Of a stretch of 58,927 bases of DNA, positions 50,109 to 58,927 are shown piece after piece. The notes under the pieces are model-generated. The model ran no database searches and was not told where the DNA came from. It was given only the letters and a program-made list of their open reading frames with translations. This DNA is from Intoshia linei (Eukaryota; Animalia; Orthonectida), in the NCBI GenBank assembly GCA_001642005.1, contig LWCA01000078.1:1-58927 (forward strand). The letters are read 5' to 3'. Position 1 is the first letter of the stretch, and every line of letters starts with the position of its first letter. Both the position numbers and the translations under genes were made by a program.

Positions 50109-53100
50109 CTATTTGTCAACATTTTTTTCATAAATCTTGTCTACAATTTCGTTAAAAGTATCTTTATCCAGGTCGTATTCTGGTAATTTTTTTAATATTG
50201 ATCGAGTATATTTTTTTATGTCAGATTGCAAAGATTTAGAAATTTGACAATTTTTATTGCACGTTATTGTCGATTTTATATTTATTTTTTCATTGTTGTA
50301 ATCTCGATTGGAAAATTTGTCATTCAATTTTACGTTTTTTAGTTCAATCATGAAATTCTTAGAACTATATTGAAGATAATGGCCATTTTTTTCCAATTTT
50401 ATTTTTTCACTAAATGAAATTATAAAGATATCTTGGAAATCATAGATTAACACTTTTTTCAGATATATTTTTAAATTTACTTGATTAAATTTTCTCCTCG
50501 ATGGGTATACATGGTGTAAATTACTTGATCATTAGATAATTCTTTATACAAATTATTTCCATATTGTATCGACAGTGATGCACTCTATAATAAATAAATT
50601 TAACATGTTTTTGAAATGAGTATTTGATATACATTTGTACCTTGGAATGAGGTTGTTTGAGAATACTGAATAATTGAAAAATATCGATATCCAATGCAGG
50701 GTTTCTTAAACATAACGTACATGTATCAATAGCCTCTGAAAATTTTTTTAATTCAGAATTATCAAATGTTTTCTAAATAATAAAAACGAAATCAATTAAA
50801 TTTTAAACAATGTTTTGAAAATTAATAATTTGATATTGAGAAATTGTGTAACAATGAAAAAAATTCCCAAGGAATGAATTATATAGATTTTCACCCATAT
50901 TTCTTTATTGGAAATGTGTAGAGGTTCAATACATATTTTTTTTGAAATGTAGGATCAATATTTATATTTTAATCGAAATATTTAAAAAATATTGGTTGAT
51001 AATATATTAAGAATTATTTTTCACCGGGAATGCGTAGATTTCTGGGGTTGAAATTTTGTATTTTTATCAACTGGAATAATCTGTATCAGAATAATCTTCT
51101 TTTTTTTTAATTTGCATACGGTTAATTTCATATTTTTTTTAATAAAATATATGAATACTAAAATGCTTTTTTGACCGTGAAGTCGTCACTTATTCAGGAT
51201 TTAAATTTTTTGAAAATCTGTTCAAAGAGCACGGCTTAATTTTTAACACTATTAAATATTGATTTTTTTGTATATAAACATTATAAAAAGTGCAATGTCC
51301 CAAATGCTGATTTGTGGAAAATACTTTGACATAAAATTTAGAAAAATTTTCTAAGGAATAATACTTGAAGGCATTTGATATTTTAAACTGCTAACTTTGC
51401 AAAAAGTTAAGATACACTAAGGCTCAGTCATAATTAAACTAAAAATATAAATTACAAATAAATCATCTTCCATAACTAACGGCACGTTTAAATTATTTTC
51501 ATTTTCTTGATAAACGGATATCATGGTATTCATTATTTGTTCGACTTTATCGTTATTTTGCTAAATAAGGATATATATCAATTTATTTAAAAAATACGTT
51601 TCCAAAAATAGGAAAAGAAATACACTTTCTTCTAGGACAATAATCTTCTATAACCGACATGATCTGTTCTTCAAAACCACAATAACCTGTTGAAATATCG
51701 AACAGTTTCATAAAACCCTAAACATTTTCAGTTTATATAAAAAATTGAATATTTACTTGGAATCGGTCACATTCTTCCAAGCGTTTCTGCAAAATTTTTT
51801 CAAATCCATCACTGATTTGTTGAAAAACGACTTTACCTTCTTTAAAAGGAAAATTACTAAATAAAAGTATCTGAGTATAATTAAACGATCATTGTACATC
51901 ATTAGGACTTCTACTCCTCAAATAGTATGCTGTTTATCACACTTTGCGAGGCAATAATAAATACTTTTTTTAATTAAAATAGTTCAACAAATAATAATTA
52001 ATTTAAAATAGGTTAATTTTTTTAAATGAAGATTTTGAATTAATTAATAAAATAACAATCCAGAAAAATCGAATTTTACCAACCCTTTAGAGAAAAATTC
52101 TTTCAATATTTAATTTTTATGTCATGTCACTTAAATCTCTGGACACGACGTACATTCCTGGACTGATCCATTATGATAAAATTTTAATAACCTCTCCGCA
52201 TTTTTTACAGAGAAAATTGATGAACTATCAAATTCGGCTAACATAGATTCTTCCCAACATTTCCAGTTCTCTACTTCTCTAAGTTTTTAACATTAAATTT
52301 AAATATAAAAGATGAAATAATATACAGTGCCGTGTCAATGCCGTTTTGATCCAAATAAATTATTTATAAAGTATACTATTTTTTGTGTCAAAATATCATT
52401 CATTAAAGAATCCTTAATATTTACAATATTACTAGATTATAAAGACAATAGTAAACCAAAAAACATATTAAAGTGAAGAATACTAAATGTATATTTTTCT
52501 TAGTTAGGATATTCCTATTTTAAGATTATATTTAAACAATATTTCAAATGAATTAGGTTTATATGTAATTAATTCATATATTTTCAATACTTTGAGTTTT
52601 TTTGTATCGTTTCATATAATTTCGGAATAATTATGTTTATGTGTATCTTATATATACAATTAACTGGTATTTGTTCACTATTGTCTGATAGATGAAAAAT
52701 TACAAATAAGAAGGAAATTTAGTTTACAACTTGCATGTTTGACTTTATTTTGATCGTGGGTCGGACACGCTGGTATCTTATAAATATTGAATTATAAACC
52801 AAAAAATAGGGATTCTTACTTGGCAGCAATATTGTCTGCCATTATAATCACGTTATCCATTTCTCACAATAACATTTGCATATTCCACACAATTGACATT
52901 GATATTTAACTGCAACTACAAAATGAACGACACCGCAGACTGAATGTAAAATACCTAGATTCAACAAACATATTTGGATTGATTTTTTCAATATTTCCGG
53001 GACTAAATTGACATTATAAATATAAAATATTCTTAAAAATACAAGATTTCATTGGATTCTTCAAAAACGCTTTCTTTGGTTTTTAAATTGTCTAAACCTT

Positions 53101-55870
53101 ACATTATCACAAAATAAACATTATAGAAAAGTAATTTATAAATATATTAAAAACCTTCAAAATCAAAGACAATATTACGAGGTAAATACCCTTTTCCATT
53201 CTAAATTGTTTAATAGAATTGCATACAAATGATAATACTCTTATCTTTACAAATAATTTATTTTCACTTACATATTTTAAATATTATAAAACAGTGGGTT
53301 GTAAAAGTATACATACACCCAACTTTTTCATGATACAATTGTAATACAGATTAAATTAAAAATTTTTTTCGAGCAATAACTAACAATGAATTAAAGGTGT
53401 AAAAAAATTAGAAAAATATCTATAGAATTTTTAAATATCACGGAAAAATGATATTAGGCACAATATTGTTGCAAAACTCTACACACACGTTCTAATATTT
53501 AATATTACACCCTTTAGCTTCAAATAAATAGCTAATTCTGTAATTATATCAATTGATAAGATCATACATAATATATTTGGATATTTCCTCCATTCTTCCT
53601 GGTATCTTTATACAAATTTGCAATTTACTGGTTTCTTCGTCCGCCTTTTTTATATGTAAATTAGACATTTTCTATTGGATTTAGACCAGGTCCATGGGAG
53701 GACCATTCTAATACATCAATTTTTTGGAGCAAAGCCACATTCATCTTTTGTTCGATGTATGTTTAGGATCATTGTCTTGTAGTACAAAATTTTTCTCTAA
53801 TTGAAGAGTTTTTGCGGATCTTTATAAGTTTTTTGATAAACGTTTTATATACATTTAACTATCGTGTGCCCATTTATTTTGCCGAGTGATCCAATTCCAT
53901 TTATACTGAAACATGTCCAATAAATCAGACTTCCACCCCATATTTAGCGGTGGGTTTATATTTTTTTCTTCCAACTAGTGATGCGACAATTCCTAAATTT
54001 TCAACGATGCCGATTCCAAATACTTTTAAATCATTCTAATTGTAAGTTTTATTTGTTTTAACCCTAATACTCCCAGTGTGACCATATGGTCACACAACAT
54101 AACAATTATAAAAACGTATCAAATTGAAACAAAGTTAATTAAATATGAAAAATTAAATTAATTAGTATATTATATAACATTCGAGTATATTAGTTATGAG
54201 TTTTCACCGATTAGCCTCTTGTGTCACTGACAGTGGGCCAAAATGATTTTTCAAAGCAAAAAAAAATTCACTAAAAAAATTTTTTATATTTTTTTTGTTA
54301 AAGTTGTGATAACTGAATTTAATTGAATATATATGATGAATTCATGTATTGGCTACAATTTGGTGAAATAATTAGGTATATTGACGATGCGGTTTTAAAT
54401 ATACACGCTTTTATTTGCCTTATTCTCCCAATGTGAACATATGGAATGTGAAATAACTCCATAACTACAATTGGTAATTACCTAAAATTATATATGGTGA
54501 AAAATAGGCAACTATGTATTAACCTTCCAAATTTTTGGAAAAATCGAAGCCAAAAAATTGGAAAAATTTGTCTGGGAGTATTAGGGTTAATTAGAAAAAT
54601 AACCAAGAATAAACGACTAAAACAATAAAAATGCTTAAAATTAATTAATTAATATTAAATTAATGTCAGAACCAAACAATTTTAAATTATAATGTTAAAA
54701 TATTAGATTTTCACCAGTTGTACCAAACATTCTATTTAGTTTTGGAGAACATTTTATTGATTTATTGTATTGAACGATAATCCATGTTTAATTCATTTTA
54801 ATTTAAAAAAACTGGTTTTTTGCAACTATTTTTTTTTTTTTTAAAAAGTCATAAAGAATCGGAATCGTAAAAATGGTAAAATTTTGCCGATTCCTGAAAA
54901 AAGAACGATTACAGCGATTTCCGATTCTTTGGAATCGTCGCATCACTACTTCCAAACCCTCATTTGACCTATTCCACAAGAATCATTTTGTGTTATGTCC
55001 AAATAATTTAATTTTTGTTTCATCTGTCAAAATAACACGAAACCAATAAGAATTGGCATATGTAAATGTTTTAAGGAAAAAAGGTATCAACTCTTTTTAT
55101 TTTTTACACTGAGAAGTGGTTTTCGTAGTGCTTTAAATGCTCTCAACCCCATTTTTGTAATTGCTCATTAAATAGTTGATTTTTTCAAGAGTGATAAAGG
55201 AATCTTTAATAGTGGACCTCATTATCATGGACATTCCTCTATCGTTTGTCTTAACTGCCCCACCTGATCTTATATGTTTTTAACAGAGTAAGATTTTTCC
55301 CATCTTTTGATTATTGATATTACACTAGGTCTCGGCATAATTAAAATTTTGGAGATATTTCCATAGGATAATTTTTGCAAAATAGATATAGGTAAATACA
55401 TAATGTTAACTGTTAATATATTTTATCGATTAAATGTAATGAAATATTACGTTAATCAAAAAAAATGAAGGTGTATCGTTTTTAATTGAAATAATCAAAT
55501 CCTATGAATAGATCTCCATTTTTTTACATTTTTAATAAATGGTTACATATTTTTATAGTAAAAAAATAAATATTTAAAGCATTATTATACATTGTAGACT
55601 TTTGCAATGCACCGTATAAATACATTATTCATTGCAAAATGTAGGTAATGTACATAAATGTATATGTTAACATGTATAAAAAATTACAGATCTCCATAAA
55701 ACATTGATATCATTTAGTTCAAACCCTTCGGAAGCATAATAATTGTAATAATAGACCTGGTAAATATAATTGAGATTTGTTTATAAATCCTTGCATACAT
55801 TTAAATTCCATATATTACTTGAAACCACATTAGCCAGATTACCTAATTGAAGAGTAATTATTTCGTTCAT
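50109..55870 (-). CDS. MSTO1: Misato/Dml1 tubulin-like protein
   Basis: Starts MNEIITLQLGNLANVVSSNIWN; later exons give YLPRNIVFDF and LEECDRFQGFMKLFDISTGYCG...IEDY, which are Misato segment-II and tubulin-3 motifs. The 3' exons are approximate and end in ORF 50109-50453. Confidence 0.88.
53976..54948. mobile_element. hAT MITE nested in the Tc1
   Basis: TIR tagtgatgcgac / gtcgcatcacta; TSD CTTCCAAC/CTTCCAAA. Removing it rejoins the transposase (NEGLEEKNI). Confidence 0.88.
54062..54586. mobile_element. piggyBac-type MITE nested in the hAT MITE
   Basis: TTAA at 54058-54061 and 54587-54590; perfect 15-bp TIR ccctaatactcccag / ctgggagtattaggg. Confidence 0.9.
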
Positions 55871-55980
55871 AATAATTGAACGATAATAAGTATTTTCTCT
55901 TAAAATGATAACACTGCTATGCAAATCGAAACTGTTCATTTTTGCTTTTAAATTTGCTTGTATACAATATATATATTGTT

Positions 55981-56270
55981 TTAAGTAATAGTTTTTTTAA
56001 AATTAACTTTTGTGGTTTGCTTTTTAAAAAACTGTTGAGGATTTGAGTGATGTAATTGCTTTAAGTAGTTGGTTCGTTATTCGGTTGTAGAAGAAATTTT
56101 TGTAGAGGTTTGTTGCAAATCGTTTTTTAAATATTTTTCCATTTTGTCGGGTTGTTGTGAGGTTAAATTGGATAGGTGAGATTATTTTTATCAGACATAA
56201 ACAGTATAACCCGAGTACAAGTAATGTAGATGTAATATGATTAACGTGGTATTATTATTTTTTCCAATCA
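55981..56270 (-). mobile_element. 3' remnant of a CR1/L2/Jockey-type LINE ORF2
   Basis: Open stretch TTRQNGKIFKKRFATNLYKNFFYNRITNQLLKAITSLKSSTVFKK resembles the post-RT tail pattern TR...K......FF--R....S---FK. Confidence 0.6.
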
Positions 56271-56640
56271 CACCAAATTTTTGAGTCATCACCATTTTTT
56301 ATCAATTTTAGTCGAGCCGGTGTTAACACGGCTATATTTGATTAAGAACATTATCTAAAATTTTATAAAATATTACATTAGAAAGGCTAATAGAAATTCA
56401 ATATTAAAATGATTATAATAAGCCAATTATAAGAAAATGGGTGTTTAAAACTTGAAAAATATATAATGTGCCACCAAATCATTCTGTGTGCCAATGGTTG
56501 TCGTCCCTTGTTGTAAATATTTGTAATTGTGTAAGTTTAAATTTCGTTTTGTATAGTTGTAAAAAAAATACCCACAAAAATATTTTTATACGTGATGTTT
56601 ATGTAATTTATTATTTACCAAAAAATGTTACAGCCTACTG

Positions 56641-56942
56641 CAGGGGTCGGCAACCAGTAACCCACAGAATGATTTTGATAGTCCTTTAAGTAAATATGTC
56701 TATTATTTATTTTTCAACTTTTAAACATAGTTTTAAACATTTTCTACTGCAATTGGCTCATTATAATCATTTTAATTCTGAATTTTCAGATAGCGCTGGA
56801 TTTTATTTTGTTAAATATACTAGAACCGTTTCTCTCTAGTTAAAATTGAAATGTATCATGTGTAAATTTTCAAAAACGGGGCCCGTATAATTTTTCCATA
56901 TAAAAAAGTGGGCCACAATATGCCAAAGGTTGCCGATTCCTG
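56641..56942. mobile_element. hAT MITE, inverted copy of 28028-28325
   Basis: Ends caggggtcggcaacc / ggttgccgattcctg; internal sequence is the reverse complement of 28028-28325. Confidence 0.8.
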
Positions 56943-58927
56943 TCTTAAATTCCAGAATTCTAATTCAAACATAATTAAAGCGTAATTTTATGATTAAGAT
57001 TATGATATAAACTTAATGTTAATGTAAACATTGTTTACACAAGAATTTTAAATTTGATCTATACCTTTCCTTCTTATAACCATGAGATTTTTCTGGACAC
57101 CTAAATTTACCTTCGACAAACATACAATAACGTAACAAATAAATATTACTATTGGTAACAATTCGTACTATTTATACATCAATTTTTATTCTTTTGCATT
57201 TAATATGAAATCATTAATTATGCTTGTTTTGTATTTCAATTTATATTTTTCATTATCTCTCTTTGGAAATAGAAAACGTAATTTTAACATAAATAACTTA
57301 TATATGTTGCATTGAATGTGTATAACCAGAGATTGAAAATAATTGATTGAAATATTTAATATTTAATTTTAATGTTTTGAAAATAAATATTTGAAATTTA
57401 AAAATTGCGTAGCAATAACAAAATTCCGAAGTAATGAATTATATAGATTTTCACCCGTATGTCTTTATTGGAAATATGAAGACGTACAATGCACATTTTT
57501 TTGAAATTGTAAGATCAATATTTACATTGTCAATTTTTATTTGAGATAAATTATTATTTGATTTGATTTATTTGGGACTTTTGTCATTGTTTATCGAAAA
57601 TAAGTTTATCAAAGTTTTGTTAGAAATAAAAAACTATCATGCAGGACCATGGAAGGGCTAAGAACCATATGGCTCAGGTTTACTATTTTAATTTATAAAT
57701 AGGTAATTTTAAAAAGTTTCGTTTTTATGATGACCAATGCGATTTTCAACATACATTTTTAATTTTTATACAATAAACAATCGATTAAAGCAATGTGTAG
57801 ACGTCCCAGTTTTAAAAAAATTTATACGGAGCTTACAATTTTCATCTGATAGATAGATATATTGTTGGAAAAGGGCAAATTTTTTAATATTATAAGTGCA
57901 TTACGTGATTTAATATTGAAATAATCACTTATTTGAGAAATTAAGTAAAAAATAAATTACATTCCAATTTAATATATATAGTAATAATAATAAATATTAA
58001 TTTCAGAAAATACTATGAGTTAATAAAAACTAATCAAGAAATTACTGAATCGAAATCATTATGTATAACAAATGTTTTTATTTTGATGTTTAGATTGCTC
58101 TCCAGTAGTGTATCTTAATAAAACAGCATGTGAAATTTGCTTTCCAAACAATAAAATGTTATTTTACATAATATTAATTAACAGTGGCGATACTCCAACT
58201 TGGGCTAAGGGATTTGAGCCCGAGTTGGTATTTTTCAGTTTGTTTTATAAAAAAATAAAATTTTTGTTTCACTAAATACTTTACAATCAATACACATTAT
58301 GATGTAATGTGGTATGAATAATGATTAGCATTTTTACAATAAAGAAATTTACATTTTTCAAAAGAAAACTACCAAAAAGGACTGTGGCAACCCTAATTGT
58401 ATTGATAGTAAATTATATATTATCACATAAAATAATAATATGTCCTAAATAAATACCAATATTTTAGTTGTTCAAGTAATTTCAAATTCATTACATGTCA
58501 TTATTACAATGATTTGTCTTTATTTTATTAATGAAACTAATGATTATTTTCAGATAGTAAATTTTTTCTTATATACAATTGCAAAGTAATTAAATACTGC
58601 AGTATTTGATAATTTCGACAATTTTTTTTATAATGGAGAATATTTTCTGTTATATAATTATCAAATTGATAATTTACATTTACAATGTAAATTATTTTGT
58701 GGGCCATTGGTGATCGTCCTCTGGTTTACAATGTTAAGAGGTTCGTACAAATTAAAATGCATTAAATAATTTGTATTGATTTTTGAAAAATTGAAATTGA
58801 TGATGAAGCCGGTCCGGAATTGATGATAAATTTGGATTATCCGACCAACTGCATCTTATCTCATTTTAAGAGTTATTTTTTTTTGAAAATGATATAACGG
58901 GAATGAATAAATATGTGAACAATAAAC

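Larger units (their letters stand above)
53292..55614 (-). mobile_element. Degenerate Tc1 transposon with nested insertions, in an MSTO1 intron
   Basis: Ends cagtgggttgtaaaagtataca / tgtagacttttgcaatgcaccg. Remnants TDETK, KYG-SLIYWTCFS, LQDNDPKHTS and LNPIENV on the minus strand. Confidence 0.85.

Noticed and set aside
57060-58860. Exon-like or transposase-like fragments near 57065, 58095 and 58800, and a GC hairpin at 58195-58228
   Set aside because: They cannot be joined into a gene; the hairpin follows a CAGTGGCG hAT-like end and is likely transposon-derived.

Overview
AT-rich, gene-dense animal DNA with many GT-AG micro-introns of about 30-55 nt and a few larger introns filled with DNA transposons. 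The long-type cytoplasmic intermediate filament, very divergent proteins and tiny introns suggest a fast-evolving compact spiralian such as an orthonectid (inference only). Genes were reconstructed by manual splicing and recognised from recalled motifs, not database searches. In order: last exon of RSPH9 (+), PRDX6 (-), a very divergent INTS5 (+), two paralogous spliced micropeptide genes (-), MND1 (+), a cytoplasmic intermediate filament with lamin-tail domain (+), a tight GTF2E1-RAB39-SCAP run (+), a hidden 72-aa gene (-), a short KIF14-like kinesin (+), intronless TMEM138 (+) and Misato/MSTO1 (-). Mobile DNA includes two dead Tc1 elements (one with DD35E spacing, one holding nested hAT and piggyBac MITEs), a pogo/Tigger derivative, many hAT MITEs, Helitron-like ends and a LINE remnant. 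The best novelty candidate is the duplicated acidic micropeptide family (MKPxxLYRSLCDIST...WND). It shows mostly synonymous divergence, shared upstream elements and a possible 3-nt microexon.
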